Source: Candidatus Dojkabacteria bacterium
Lineage (GTDB): Bacteria; Patescibacteriota; Dojkabacteria; SC72
Direction of reading: 5' to 3'
DNA: 64,000 nucleotides
Assembly (NCBI GenBank): GCA_050943415.1
Contig: JBMNPD010000001.1
Span: forward strand, 4,317-68,316
Below are positions 48,422 to 58,690 of the stretch, in pieces. The position numbers and the translations under genes were made by a program. The first letter of the stretch is position 1, and every line of letters starts with the position of its first letter. A model generated the notes under the pieces. The model worked only from the letters and a program-made list of their open reading frames with translations, searched no databases and had not been told where the DNA came from.

Positions 48422-49669
48422 ATGAAAATAACCAACATATATGCAGAAGAAATACTAGATTCTAGAGGTAACCCTACAATAAAATGTAATATACAATTAG
48501 AAAACAGAACCATGGTATCAGCTTCTGTACCAAGTGGGGCATCTACAGGAAAATACGAAGCTATAGAATTAAGAGATGGTGATGATAATAGATATTTAGG
48601 TAAAGGAGTACTAAAAGCTGTTCAAAATGTAAACGAAAAAATAGCCCCCCTGTTTGTTAATAAAGACTTAGCAAGTATAGAAGAAGTTGACAAGGCAATG
48701 ATTGAACTAGATGGTTCATCAAACAAAGAAAATCTAGGAGCAAATGCAATACTCTCTGTATCTATGGCATATACTAGAGCTTTAGCAGAAGCAGAAAATC
48801 TACCTCTCTACAAATATATAGCCAAAATCTTTAACAATAAACCTAAACTACCAAAACTAATGGTAAATGTATTAAACGGTGGTAAACATGCTACAAACGC
48901 ATCAGACTTGCAAGAATATATGCTTGTTCCAACAGGAGCAACATCTGTTCAACAAGCAGTACAATGGTCTAGTGAATGTTTCCATAATTTAGGTAAAATT
49001 CTAAAAGAAATGGGATTACCAACAACCGTTGGAGATGAGGGAGGATATGCACCATCGCTAGAAAGCAATGAAAAACCATTAGAGTTAATGATACAGGCAA
49101 TTACTAAATCTAACCTACAACCTGGTAAAGATATGTCACTAGCTATAGATTGTGCAGCAAGTAGCTTCTATGAAGATGGTAAATACAACCTTGTTACAGA
49201 GAACAGAATACTAACAACAGAAGAACTATGTGATATGTACGGTACATGGATAGAAAAATATCCAATCATATCTATAGAAGATGCATTTGGGGAAGATGAC
49301 TGGGACGGATTCCAAATGTTTGAAAAGCGATTTGGAGAAAAAGTTATGAACGTTGGTGATGATCTTTATGTTACAAATGTTGTTAAATTGAAGCAAGGTA
49401 TAGAGTTGAACGCATCTAATTCGATTCTCATCAAGCTAAACCAGATTGGAAGTGTTACTGAAACTAAGAACGCTATTGATTTGGCAAATAGTGCGAATAT
49501 GACTAGCATCATATCTCACAGATCTGGAGAAACAGAAGATACTTTCATAGCTGATTTTGTAGTAGGTGGAGGTACAGGATACATCAAGACAGGTTCTATG
49601 AGTAGAAGTGAAAGAGTTGCTAAATATAACAGACTTATGAGTATTGAAAGAGAAATGCTTTCTAATTAA
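48422..49669 (+). CDS. eno: Enolase
   Basis: EILDSRGNPT, VPSGASTG, VGDEGG, LIKLNQIGS, SHRSGETED. Confidence 0.98.
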   Translation: MKITNIYAEEILDSRGNPTIKCNIQLENRTMVSASVPSGASTGKYEAIELRDGDDNRYLGKGVLKAVQNVNEKIAPLFVNKDLASIEEVDKAMIELDGSSNKENLGANAILSVSMAYTRALAEAENLPLYKYIAKIFNNKPKLPKLMVNVLNGGKHATNASDLQEYMLVPTGATSVQQAVQWSSECFHNLGKILKEMGLPTTVGDEGGYAPSLESNEKPLELMIQAITKSNLQPGKDMSLAIDCAASSFYEDGKYNLVTENRILTTEELCDMYGTWIEKYPIISIEDAFGEDDWDGFQMFEKRFGEKVMNVGDDLYVTNVVKLKQGIELNASNSILIKLNQIGSVTETKNAIDLANSANMTSIISHRSGETEDTFIADFVVGGGTGYIKTGSMSRSERVAKYNRLMSIEREMLSN

Positions 49670-49686
49670 CAAACATTTACATCAAT

Positions 49687-50856
49687 ATGAAGATAGAACT
49701 GTCTAAAAATCAGACATCTGTTCTGGACGATATAATGTCTTGGTACAAAAAGCCAAAGCTTCAATATATTACTCTTGGTGGATATGCAGGAACAGGAAAA
49801 ACTACCCTACTTGGATATCTAAACACATTACTACACAAGGAAGATAAGGGTCTAAAGATAGCCTACTGTACATATACAGGAAAAGCATCTGTAATATTAA
49901 GAAGAAAACTACTAGAAACAAAATCATTAAAACGTTCTGACTATATTGGTACTATACATAGACTAATATATAAATCTGTTTTAGATGATGAAGGAAATAT
50001 AATTGCTTGGATAAAGATTCCTGAAGAAGATTTTCAATATGATGTAATAGTGGTAGATGAGGCATCTATGGTACCAGAGAAGATATGGAATGACCTACTC
50101 TCTTTTGGTAAACCAATAATAGCCGTAGGAGATCATGGGCAGTTACCTCCAGTAGAGGGTAATTTTAACCTAATGGAAAGACCTATGTTAAGGCTAGAAG
50201 AGATATACAGACAAGAGAAAGATAATCCAATTATTATGGTATCCGAGATTGCTAGAAAGTACGGTAATATTCCAGCTATTGAGTTTAGTAAAACTGTAAA
50301 AAAGATTAAAACAGATAACGAGGATTTACATGAATTTCTTACAGATACATTCTCAGCATACGATAAGGATCTGATGGTATTAGTTGGTTACAACAATACT
50401 AGAATTAAGCTAAATAGATGGATTAGAGAACTATTAGAGTTTGATTCTCCTAATCCACAGGCTGGTGACAGAGTGATATGTCTTAAAAATAACCATGTTG
50501 AGGAGATATTTAACGGTATGACTGGAACTTTACTAGCTATTTCTAAGGAGAAAAACAAAAATTTAGAATACTATGATACAGAAATAGAATTTGATGACGA
50601 AGACAATATATATTTTTTGAATATGGATATCAAACAGTTTAATAATCCTACTACTATCTTAAAATCTAATGGTGAGGATATTAATCTTTTTGATTTTGGT
50701 TATGCTTTTACAGTTCACAAAGCTCAGGGTAGTCAAAGTGAAAAGGTTGTACTTTTTGAAGAAAGATTTGCTCAAATGAGTGATGATATTTGGAGAAGAT
50801 GGTTGTATACAGGAGTAACAAGAGCTGTAAGTGAGTTGTATATTATTGGTAAGTAG
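49687..50856 (+). CDS. SF1B helicase, RecD/Dda-like
   Basis: GYAGTGKT, VVDEASMV, GDHGQLPPV, YAFTVHKAQGS, LYTGVTRA. Confidence 0.9.
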   Translation: MKIELSKNQTSVLDDIMSWYKKPKLQYITLGGYAGTGKTTLLGYLNTLLHKEDKGLKIAYCTYTGKASVILRRKLLETKSLKRSDYIGTIHRLIYKSVLDDEGNIIAWIKIPEEDFQYDVIVVDEASMVPEKIWNDLLSFGKPIIAVGDHGQLPPVEGNFNLMERPMLRLEEIYRQEKDNPIIMVSEIARKYGNIPAIEFSKTVKKIKTDNEDLHEFLTDTFSAYDKDLMVLVGYNNTRIKLNRWIRELLEFDSPNPQAGDRVICLKNNHVEEIFNGMTGTLLAISKEKNKNLEYYDTEIEFDDEDNIYFLNMDIKQFNNPTTILKSNGEDINLFDFGYAFTVHKAQGSQSEKVVLFEERFAQMSDDIWRRWLYTGVTRAVSELYIIGK

Positions 50857-50880
50857 TATCTGTTAGGTATATAATTGGTT

Positions 50881-51645
50881 ATGATTGTAAAGAATTTCAA
50901 AGAAGAAGAAATTTTAATAGAGGCTGGTAAAATTTCTACGGAGATACTTTCTAAACTTGGGAAAATGGTTAAGGCAGGAGTAACACCTCTTCAGATTGAT
51001 GAGTATGCAGGAGAGCTTTGTAGAGAATACGGTGTTCATCCTGCATTTAAAAGAGTTGAGGATTATCATTTTAATACCACTATCTCTGCTAATGATGTTC
51101 CTGTACATGGTATTCCAACGAAAGTTCCTTTTAAAAAGGGTGATCTTGTTTCTATTGATTTTGGTATTGTTTACAAAAAGATGTATACAGATCACTGTTG
51201 GACTTGGAGTATTGGTGAACCTAATGATAGAAATAGGAAGCTTTTGAATGCTGGTAGAGCTGCTGTAGAGAATGCTGTATCTAAGGCTGTCGTTGGAAAT
51301 AAAACGGGTGATTTAGGCTACGAGATGGAGATGGAGGCTACAAGAAATGGTTTTAATGTTTTAAGTGTATTTGTAGGACATGGTATAGGTCATTCTTTAC
51401 ATGAAGAACCAAATATTCCTGCTTTTGGTAAGCGAGGAAAAGGTACTCTACTAGAAGATGGTATGGTCATATGTGTTGAGTGTCAGGTTGTAGATGATGA
51501 AGATGATATTATTATAGATGATGATGGATGGACAGCAAGGACAGTAAATGGTGGTAACAGTGTTATGTTTGAATACATGGTTATTGTTAAAAAAAATGCT
51601 CCTCTTGTTCTTACAGATCAATATAATTGGGATACTGTTGTTTAA
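50881..51645 (+). CDS. map: Methionine aminopeptidase type I
   Basis: HGIP, SIDFG, TDHCWT, GHGIG..LHEEP; TATAAT 5 nt before ATG. Confidence 0.93.
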   Translation: MIVKNFKEEEILIEAGKISTEILSKLGKMVKAGVTPLQIDEYAGELCREYGVHPAFKRVEDYHFNTTISANDVPVHGIPTKVPFKKGDLVSIDFGIVYKKMYTDHCWTWSIGEPNDRNRKLLNAGRAAVENAVSKAVVGNKTGDLGYEMEMEATRNGFNVLSVFVGHGIGHSLHEEPNIPAFGKRGKGTLLEDGMVICVECQVVDDEDDIIIDDDGWTARTVNGGNSVMFEYMVIVKKNAPLVLTDQYNWDTVV

Positions 51646-51728
51646 TTTATCCTAGCTAATATTTTTTAATATATTCCGTACTAGAGTTGTATGTTACAAT
51701 AGACGAGTTAAAATATTTTCATAAACAC

Positions 51729-52658
51729 ATGTCTGATACAAAAATATATGATGTAGCCATAATAGGGAGTGGTCCTGCAGGATATACAGCAGGAATATAT
51801 GCAAGTAGATACAAACTAAGTAACATAATTATTGGTGGAATATCTGGAGGTACTATGACAGAGGCACACAAAATCTGTAATTATCCTGGATACACCGAAA
51901 TATCAGGTATGGAACTATCTATGAAGTTTTTAGAACATGCAAAAGAGAGTGGTTCTGAGATACTAAGTGATACTCTTCTAGATGTAACTAAGGATAAGGA
52001 TGTATTTAAAATTAAAACTAAAACAAAAGAAGAAATACTTTCTAAAACCATCATAGTAGCTACCGGTACAGACAGAAACAAATTAATGATACCAAGAGAA
52101 GATGAATTTTTAGGTAAAGGTCTCTCCTACTGTACCACATGTGATGGAATGTTTTACAAAGGAAAGACGGTTGGAGTCATAGGGGGAAGTAGTGCTGCTA
52201 CTATGGCTGCTGTGATGCTCTCTGGGATAGCTAAAGAGGTTTATATAATCTACAGAGGTACAGAGTTAAGAGGTGAACCTGCTTGGATAGATCAGGTTAA
52301 GCAGAAAGAGAATATAAAGGTTTTGTTAACAACTTTGATTACAGAATTAGATGGTGAAAATAAACTTGAGAGAGTTAAGCTTTCTAAAGAATATGAAGGT
52401 TCTGAGTATTTGAATCTAAATGGTATTTTTGTAGAAATAGGCGCAGCACCAAATAATCTAATGGCAGAGAAATTAGGTCTTGAGACAGATGAGAAGATGT
52501 ATATTAAGGTTGATAATGCGCAGGAGACAAGTTTAGAGGGTGTTTGGGCTGCAGGAGATTGTACTACTAACTCTAATTACTTCCATCAGATTGTATGCGC
52601 TACATCAGAGGGTGCAGTAGCTGCTAACTCTGTATATACATATTTGAAAGAAAAATAG
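51729..52658 (+). CDS. trxB: Thioredoxin reductase-like FAD oxidoreductase
   Basis: GSGPAG, SYCTTCDG, AAGD. Confidence 0.88.
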   Translation: MSDTKIYDVAIIGSGPAGYTAGIYASRYKLSNIIIGGISGGTMTEAHKICNYPGYTEISGMELSMKFLEHAKESGSEILSDTLLDVTKDKDVFKIKTKTKEEILSKTIIVATGTDRNKLMIPREDEFLGKGLSYCTTCDGMFYKGKTVGVIGGSSAATMAAVMLSGIAKEVYIIYRGTELRGEPAWIDQVKQKENIKVLLTTLITELDGENKLERVKLSKEYEGSEYLNLNGIFVEIGAAPNNLMAEKLGLETDEKMYIKVDNAQETSLEGVWAAGDCTTNSNYFHQIVCATSEGAVAANSVYTYLKEK

Positions 52659-52663
52659 TACAA

Positions 52664-53149
52664 TTACTCTTTAGTTTTACTAAACTCTACCCATTCTGCT
52701 AGGTAGTTGGAACTAGACCAGATCTTTGGATCACCTACGTTGTACTCTACTTTACCTCCGTAGCTTTCTACTACTTCAGCTTCTGGTACTTTGTTAGCAC
52801 TGTCTCTATCTCCTCCTTTTGTAAATACATCGGGTCTCACTATTTCTAATGCCTCACAGCTATCATATTTGGTAGGATGATCATAGATTACAACATAATC
52901 AACATCTTTTAGATTATCTATGATATATGCTCTGTCTTTTGCAGGAATGAACGGTTTGCCTTTTTTAGTAATACATTGCTGATCACCATTAAGTATTACA
53001 ACTAAAGTATCACCAAACTTTTTTGATTCTCTTATGCATGATATATGTCCAGGATGTATTGGATCAAAAAAACCACATGTAGCTACTATTTTTTTATCTT
53101 TTAACTCTGTTTCTCTTAATTTAGCAAACTCTTCTGGAGATAAAATCAT
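52664..53149 (-). CDS. Cytidylyltransferase family (TagD/RfaE/FAD synthase-like)
   Basis: G.FDPIHPGH, KKGKP, RPDVFTKGGD, SSS. Confidence 0.85.
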   Translation of the reverse strand: MILSPEEFAKLRETELKDKKIVATCGFFDPIHPGHISCIRESKKFGDTLVVILNGDQQCITKKGKPFIPAKDRAYIIDNLKDVDYVVIYDHPTKYDSCEALEIVRPDVFTKGGDRDSANKVPEAEVVESYGGKVEYNVGDPKIWSSSNYLAEWVEFSKTKE

Positions 53150-53338
53150 ATGTGAAATATTTATAACTTAATTATGAATCTTACATTGTAAAAGTTATAT
53201 AAGTCAAATATGGAAGATAATTAGATACCTAGTAAATAATTAATTCAAATAACATGACTTGTAGTAATTAATTATTTGTTACTTTTTCTTTTTGTTTCAA
53301 ATATAACTGTTTTTATTCCGACTATAAGCTGTTGACCA

Positions 53339-53386
53339 CCACTATCTGTTGTTGTAGGCTGGACTACTAACTACAATATATTGTGT
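53339..53386 (+). promoter_or_regulatory. Tandem NrdR boxes (53339-53354 and 53371-53386)
   Basis: ccaCtAtcTgTtGttg and ctaCaAtATaTtGtgt versus consensus acaCwAtATaTwGtgt; 32-bp spacing. Confidence 0.85.
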
Positions 53387-53392
53387 AATGAT

Positions 53393-53842
53393 ATGAAATG
53401 TCCGTTTTGTGAATGTGAAAATACAAAAGTAGTAGATAAGAGAGACAATCGAGATGATGGAACTACTAGAAGACGAAGACAGTGCTTGAGATGTAGTAAA
53501 AGATTTACAACATATGAACGGGTAGAAAGTATAGATGTAAGTATTGTTAAGAAAGATGGCTCTTTGGAAAAATTTGACTCACAGAAGGTATCTAAAAGTA
53601 TCAGAAAGGCTGCTAATCTAGATAAGATTAGTGATGATGATATAGAGGAATTTACTGAAAGTATTGAAAGATTAGTATTAAATAGTGAAGAACCTATTAC
53701 ATCTAATCAGATTGGCCTTTTGATATTAGATTGGTTAAAGAAAAGGGATCAGTTAGCGTATATTAGATTTGCTTCTGTGTACAAAAATTTTCAAGGATTA
53801 GATGATATTACAGAAGAAATTAAAAGTTTAGAAAAAATATAA
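53393..53842 (+). CDS. nrdR: Transcriptional repressor NrdR
   Basis: MKCPFC, RRRRQC..C..RFTTYER, ATP cone, AYIRFASVY. Confidence 0.97.
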   Translation: MKCPFCECENTKVVDKRDNRDDGTTRRRRQCLRCSKRFTTYERVESIDVSIVKKDGSLEKFDSQKVSKSIRKAANLDKISDDDIEEFTESIERLVLNSEEPITSNQIGLLILDWLKKRDQLAYIRFASVYKNFQGLDDITEEIKSLEKI

Positions 53843-53860
53843 TTTATAATTATTCGTAAA

Positions 53861-55930
53861 ATGTCTGCCCAAAAGAAAAAGAAGACTCCACAATTTAAAG
53901 TAAAAAAAAGGGATGGTAGATTAGTTAAATTTGATAGGGAAAGAATAGAGTCAGGGATTTTTAAAGCTGCAGAAGGAGTTGGAGGTACTGAGCGTAAAAG
54001 AGCAAAAGAGGTTACTGATGAAGTGATTGCTCGATTGATAGGAAAATATTCAGGTAAGAAATATATCAAGACTGAACAGATAGCTGATATTGTTAAACAG
54101 ACACTTCTAGATATGGGTCATGGTAAAACTTCTATGGCGTTTAGCCTGTTTGTTGATCTTCGAAATCAGGTTAAGAACATTAAGTCTTTGATTGATGCAG
54201 ATACTCTAGTTAGGGATTATATAGATAAGCTGGATTGGCAGGTTAATGAGAATAGTAATATGGCTTATTCGTGGCAGGGTTTAAATAACTATATTTCCTC
54301 TACCATACAAGCTAATTACTGGTTACATAGTATATATCCAAAAGAGATTTCTGATGCTAATATTAGTAAGGATTTCCATATTCATGATCTAGGTATGTTA
54401 GCATCATATTGTTGTGGTTGGAGTTTAGAAGATTTACTTTTAAAAGGTTTTGCAGGAGTAAAGGGAAAGATTTCTTCTAAACCTCCTAGGCATTTTGGTG
54501 CTGCTTTGGGTCAATGTGTTAACTTCTTCTATACTTTACAACATGAGGCTGCAGGTGCTCAAGCATTCTCTAATTTCGATACATATCTTGCACCGTTCAT
54601 AAGATACGATAAACTTTCTTACAAAGAGGTTAAACAGAAAATGCAAGAGTTTCTCTTCAATATGAATGTGCCTACTAGGGTTGGTTGTCAAACACCATTT
54701 ACAAATATAACTATGGATTTAATACCGTCAGGACAGCTAGCTGAACAGAATGTAATCATAGGAGGGGTTCTTCAGAAAGAAAAATACAAAGATTTTCAGA
54801 AAGAAATGGATATGATTAACAAAGCTTTCTGTGAGGTTATGATGGAGGGTGATGCAAATGGTCGTTTATTTTCCTACCCTATTCCTACATACAATTTAAC
54901 TAAGGACTTTGATTGGGACAAGAAAGAGTATATCCCTGTATGGAAAATGACAGCTAAGTATGGTGTGCCGTATTTTTCTAACTTCATTAACTCAGATATG
55001 AGTCCTGATGATGCTAGAAGTATGTGTTGTAGATTAAGGTTAGATAATCGAGTACTAAGAAAAAGAGGTGGAGGTCTTTTTGGTGCAAATCCGTTGACTG
55101 GAAGTGTTGGTGTTGTAACTATTAACTTACCTAGAATAGGTATAGAGGCCAAGAATAAGAGGGAATTCTACAAAATTTTGAACAAGAAGATGGATTTGGC
55201 AAAGAAAAGTCTAATTATTAAGAGAAAGTTCATAGAGAAATATATGGATGCTGGTTTGTATCCATATTCTAGATTCTATCTTGCTGATATTAAGAAAAGG
55301 TTTGGAGAGTATTACAAAAATCACTTTAATACGATAGGAATATTAGGTATGAATGAGTGTCTAATAAACTTTTTTGGTGACAAGAGTAAAGATATTACAT
55401 CAAAAGAAGGTCGCAAATTTGGTTTGGAAATTTTAGATCATATGAGGGAAAGGTTGTTAAAGTATCAAAATGAAACTAATCAACTTTTTAATTTAGAGGC
55501 AACTCCGGGAGAAGGTGCTACATACAAGTTTGCCAAGGCTGATAAGAAGAAGTCTGGAGAAGACATTATAACTGCAGCTGATGTTGGAAGAACGAAGACA
55601 GATGTCCCCTACTATACTAATAGTAGTCAACTTCCTGTGGGGTTAACAGATGATATTTTTGAAACCCTTGATTTACAGGATGAATTTCAATGTAAGTATA
55701 CTGGCGGAACTGTGCTTCATATATATCTTGGTGAAAGAATTTCTTCTGTAGAGGCTACCAAGAACTTAATTAGAAAAATCGCTACTAACTACAAATTACC
55801 ATACTTTTCAATAACTCCTACATTTAGTGTGTGTCCAAAGCATGGGTATATATCTGGAGAGCATAAGTACTGTCCTGTTTGTGATTCTGAAAGAGGCTAC
55901 AAAGAAGGTATGCCTTTTGATGAAGAGTAA
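53861..55930 (+). CDS. nrdD: Class III anaerobic ribonucleoside-triphosphate reductase, large part lacking the glycyl-radical tail
   Basis: ATP cone, HIHDL, YC, RSMCCRL, LEATPGE, CPKHG..CPVC then stop; no RVxGY. Confidence 0.95.
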   Translation: MSAQKKKKTPQFKVKKRDGRLVKFDRERIESGIFKAAEGVGGTERKRAKEVTDEVIARLIGKYSGKKYIKTEQIADIVKQTLLDMGHGKTSMAFSLFVDLRNQVKNIKSLIDADTLVRDYIDKLDWQVNENSNMAYSWQGLNNYISSTIQANYWLHSIYPKEISDANISKDFHIHDLGMLASYCCGWSLEDLLLKGFAGVKGKISSKPPRHFGAALGQCVNFFYTLQHEAAGAQAFSNFDTYLAPFIRYDKLSYKEVKQKMQEFLFNMNVPTRVGCQTPFTNITMDLIPSGQLAEQNVIIGGVLQKEKYKDFQKEMDMINKAFCEVMMEGDANGRLFSYPIPTYNLTKDFDWDKKEYIPVWKMTAKYGVPYFSNFINSDMSPDDARSMCCRLRLDNRVLRKRGGGLFGANPLTGSVGVVTINLPRIGIEAKNKREFYKILNKKMDLAKKSLIIKRKFIEKYMDAGLYPYSRFYLADIKKRFGEYYKNHFNTIGILGMNECLINFFGDKSKDITSKEGRKFGLEILDHMRERLLKYQNETNQLFNLEATPGEGATYKFAKADKKKSGEDIITAADVGRTKTDVPYYTNSSQLPVGLTDDIFETLDLQDEFQCKYTGGTVLHIYLGERISSVEATKNLIRKIATNYKLPYFSITPTFSVCPKHGYISGEHKYCPVCDSERGYKEGMPFDEE

Positions 55931-55958
55931 TATTATTTAAATTATTTTAATTACTGCC

Positions 55959-56087
55959 ATGAAAAAAATTAAAAGGCAAAGATGTGAGGTTTACTCTAGA
56001 GTAGTAGGATATATTAGACCTATTGGTCAGTGGAATGTTGGTAAACAGGCTGAATGGGGTGACAGAAAAATGTTTAAAATTAAATAG
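55959..56087 (+). CDS. 42-aa NrdD glycyl-radical domain encoded as a separate ORF (not in the ORF track)
   Basis: MKKIKRQRCEVYSRVVGYIRPIGQWNVGKQAEWGDRKMFKIK. Confidence 0.92.
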   Translation: MKKIKRQRCEVYSRVVGYIRPIGQWNVGKQAEWGDRKMFKIK

Positions 56088-56089
56088 GA

Positions 56090-56785
56090 ATGTTACCTAT
56101 TTACCATTTTGAAAAAGCATCTTTGTTGGATTATCCTGGTAAAGTATCAACTGTAGTGTTTCTTTACGGTTGTAACTTGAGATGTCCTTACTGTCATAAT
56201 CCTGAGTTAGTGGTAGAAAAGTTTGATAGGAGTAAGGTTATAACACAAAAACAAGTTTTAAATTTTTTAAGGAAAAGACAAGGTAAACTTGACGGTGTTG
56301 TTATTACAGGTGGAGAACCACTAATTCAGAAAGGTCTTCTTAATTTCATAAAGAAAATTAAGAAATTGGGTTTTCTTGTTAAACTTGATAGTAATGGTCT
56401 ACTACCCGACCTTTTAGACGAATATATTAAATCTGGCTATATCGATTATGTAGCTATGGATGTTAAGTATCCTTATGCTCAGTATGTAATAGAAACAGGA
56501 AAAAAGGATGTTGTTAAATTAATAAAAAAATCTATAGATATTGTGATGAATTCAGGTGTAGATTATGAATTTAGAACTACATATGTAAAAGGAATACATG
56601 ATAAAGAAGCTGTTGAGGAGATATGTAAGATGATATCGGATGCAAAGAGGTATTTTATTCAAAATTTTAGAGCAGGAAAGAGCATAGATGAGTCTTTATC
56701 TGGAAAGAACAGCTTTTCAGAAAAAGAATTAAAAGAGTTTAAAAAAATAGCTAAAAAGTATGTAAAAGAGGTTCAGATTAGGTAG
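56090..56785 (+). CDS. nrdG: Anaerobic RNR activating radical-SAM enzyme
   Basis: SLLDYPG, GCNLRCPYCHN, ITGGEP, YEFRTT. Confidence 0.95.
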   Translation: MLPIYHFEKASLLDYPGKVSTVVFLYGCNLRCPYCHNPELVVEKFDRSKVITQKQVLNFLRKRQGKLDGVVITGGEPLIQKGLLNFIKKIKKLGFLVKLDSNGLLPDLLDEYIKSGYIDYVAMDVKYPYAQYVIETGKKDVVKLIKKSIDIVMNSGVDYEFRTTYVKGIHDKEAVEEICKMISDAKRYFIQNFRAGKSIDESLSGKNSFSEKELKEFKKIAKKYVKEVQIR

Positions 56786-57443
56786 TTGGATTCTCTAAAA
56801 CTTTGATAACTTTTCCATTGATGATACTATCAGTATTTCTGTCTATATATATTGGTTGATTTAGAGGGTTAGATGATTCTGGATACAGAATTATCATATC
56901 CTTATTCTGTTTTATTCTTTTTACTGTAGCACCATTTTCTATAATAGCTACAACAATATCACCATCTTCTATTTCACAATCTTTTTGAACAATAATATAC
57001 GAACCGTTGTCCAGTCTGTTGCCATCTATCTCTGCTAAATCCATAGAATCCCCTTTTACTATTAAGGAAAAGAGATTTTCTTTCTTACCAACAATATTTT
57101 GATCAACCTTCAATACACCAATATTCTCCTCTTCTGCACTAACTAGAGGAGTACCTGCATTCGCATATCCTAAAATAGGAATACCAACAAGATAGTCGTA
57201 TACTATTTCTTCGTCTTTTTCAACCATATGTATACCTCTAGGTTTACCTGTTCTGAATATATACCCTTTCTTCTCTAAAGCAAGCAGATGAACAACAACA
57301 CCTCTCTTAGTAGAAATCCCGAGTTCTTGCTGTAATTCAGACAAAGATGGAGCATGTTCATTCTCAAGATAGTATCGTTTAATAACTCGTAATACATTCT
57401 TTTGTTTTTTGGTGAGTATACAATCCATAGCTTTGATATTCAT
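56778..57443 (-). CDS. lexA: SOS repressor LexA
   Basis: LT.KQ..L wHTH, ANAG.P cleavage site, V.GDSM, ATVKR. Confidence 0.92.
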   Translation of the reverse strand: MNIKAMDCILTKKQKNVLRVIKRYYLENEHAPSLSELQQELGISTKRGVVVHLLALEKKGYIFRTGKPRGIHMVEKDEEIVYDYLVGIPILGYANAGTPLVSAEEENIGVLKVDQNIVGKKENLFSLIVKGDSMDLAEIDGNRLDNGSYIIVQKDCEIEDGDIVVAIIENGATVKRIKQNKDMIILYPESSNPLNQPIYIDRNTDSIINGKVIKVLENPTT

Positions 57444-57556
57444 ATGTTAGATATACCTAGTATACCCTTGTCAAAAAAGAATGCAACTACTCATAGTATA
57501 CATATATCTAGAACAAGCCTATTGATGAGTTTTCTTTTTCTCTATATACTCTTCAT

Positions 57557-57877
57557 ATGGTAAAAGAAATAAAGGCAAGAAGAATATATAAAATGGAAGA
57601 TATTAAGTACAATCCTGAGAATTCTAGAAACTCTCTATTAGCTTGTATACCTATTTTGTCTGTATATTTCTTAGTGTTTGAGAAAAAAGATCTTTTTGTT
57701 AAATACCATTCCATAATATTTTCCTTTGTAACTGTTTTTCTTCTTTCTAAAATACAGCCACTAATATTAATTGGAATAGTTATGTTAATGATAGGTGTAA
57801 ACAGGGTCTTAAAAGGTAAAGTATTCAAACTTCCGTTTGTTTCTTCATGGGTTTTAAAAATAATGTCATACATTTAA
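57557..57877 (+). CDS. Small membrane protein (DUF4870-like)
   Basis: 'FVKYHS', hydrophobic helices, 'GKVFKLPFV'. Confidence 0.6.
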   Translation: MVKEIKARRIYKMEDIKYNPENSRNSLLACIPILSVYFLVFEKKDLFVKYHSIIFSFVTVFLLSKIQPLILIGIVMLMIGVNRVLKGKVFKLPFVSSWVLKIMSYI

Positions 57878-57923
57878 TTACCTTTGCTTATCTTGTATAG
57901 AATGTGTTAGAATTGTGCCTGTA

Positions 57924-57997
57924 CGGGGAGTAGTTCAGATGGCTAGAACGCTGCGTTTGGGACGCAGAGGCCGCAGGTTCAAGTCCTGTCTCCCCGA
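57924..57997 (+). tRNA. tRNA-Pro (TGG), CCA not encoded
   Basis: CGGGGAG/CTCCCCG acceptor; ctgcg-ttTGGga-cgcag; GTTCAA T-loop. Confidence 0.95.
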
Positions 57998-58042
57998 TTT
58001 AGCTGAGAAAAAATAGGTGCCAACTTTAGAAGTGACATAATT

Positions 58043-58690
58043 ATGAATATTGTAATAATACCTGGTTTTACAGGCTATCCAGAGGAAAAAACATTTATTG
58101 ACCTTGAAACCGACTTGTTGGGCAAAGGACATAAAGTTATTAAAATTGCATGGCCTAATTTCCCACACAACTTGAAAGACTATAATTTCACATCTACGAT
58201 TACACATATTGAAATGATCTTAAAAGAATTTAATATGAAAGAAACGATTCTTCTTGGGTTTTCGATGGGTGGTGTAATAGCTTGCCATTTAGCAAAGCTA
58301 TTCAAACCTTATAAACTTGGATTAATAGTTACACCTTATCAAGCAGGTAGTAAGGACGATTTGCAGGGGAAGTACAAGAATTGGAAAGAACTAGGTTATA
58401 GAGATGTGATATCTTCTAAATTTGGTAATTTAAGAATCCCTTTTTCATTCATTGAGGATGCAAGAAAATATAATGCACTTGAGACTATTTCTGAGATAAA
58501 TTGTCCAATTTTGTTTATTGTAGGTGAAAAAGATGATAAAGTTCCAAATAATGTAACAAGAAAGTTATTTGATAAAGCTAATGAGCCTAAGCAGTGGGTG
58601 AAAGTAGATGGAATGGAACATAAATACCAATATCAACCAGAAATGCTTAAAAAAGTTAATCAATTCATTATCGATTTTATTTGTTCCTGA
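58043..58690 (+). CDS. Alpha/beta hydrolase
   Basis: GFSMGG nucleophile elbow, GEKDDKV, GMEH. Confidence 0.9.
   Translation: MNIVIIPGFTGYPEEKTFIDLETDLLGKGHKVIKIAWPNFPHNLKDYNFTSTITHIEMILKEFNMKETILLGFSMGGVIACHLAKLFKPYKLGLIVTPYQAGSKDDLQGKYKNWKELGYRDVISSKFGNLRIPFSFIEDARKYNALETISEINCPILFIVGEKDDKVPNNVTRKLFDKANEPKQWVKVDGMEHKYQYQPEMLKKVNQFIIDFICS

Noticed and set aside
55928-55961. Programmed frameshift or sequencing error joining nrdD to its tail
   Set aside because: Stops in both frames (55928-55930 and 55938-55940) with an AT-rich spacer.
57444-57556. LexA (SOS) box upstream of lexA
   Set aside because: No convincing GAAC-N4-GTTC, CTGT-N8-ACAG or other clear palindrome.
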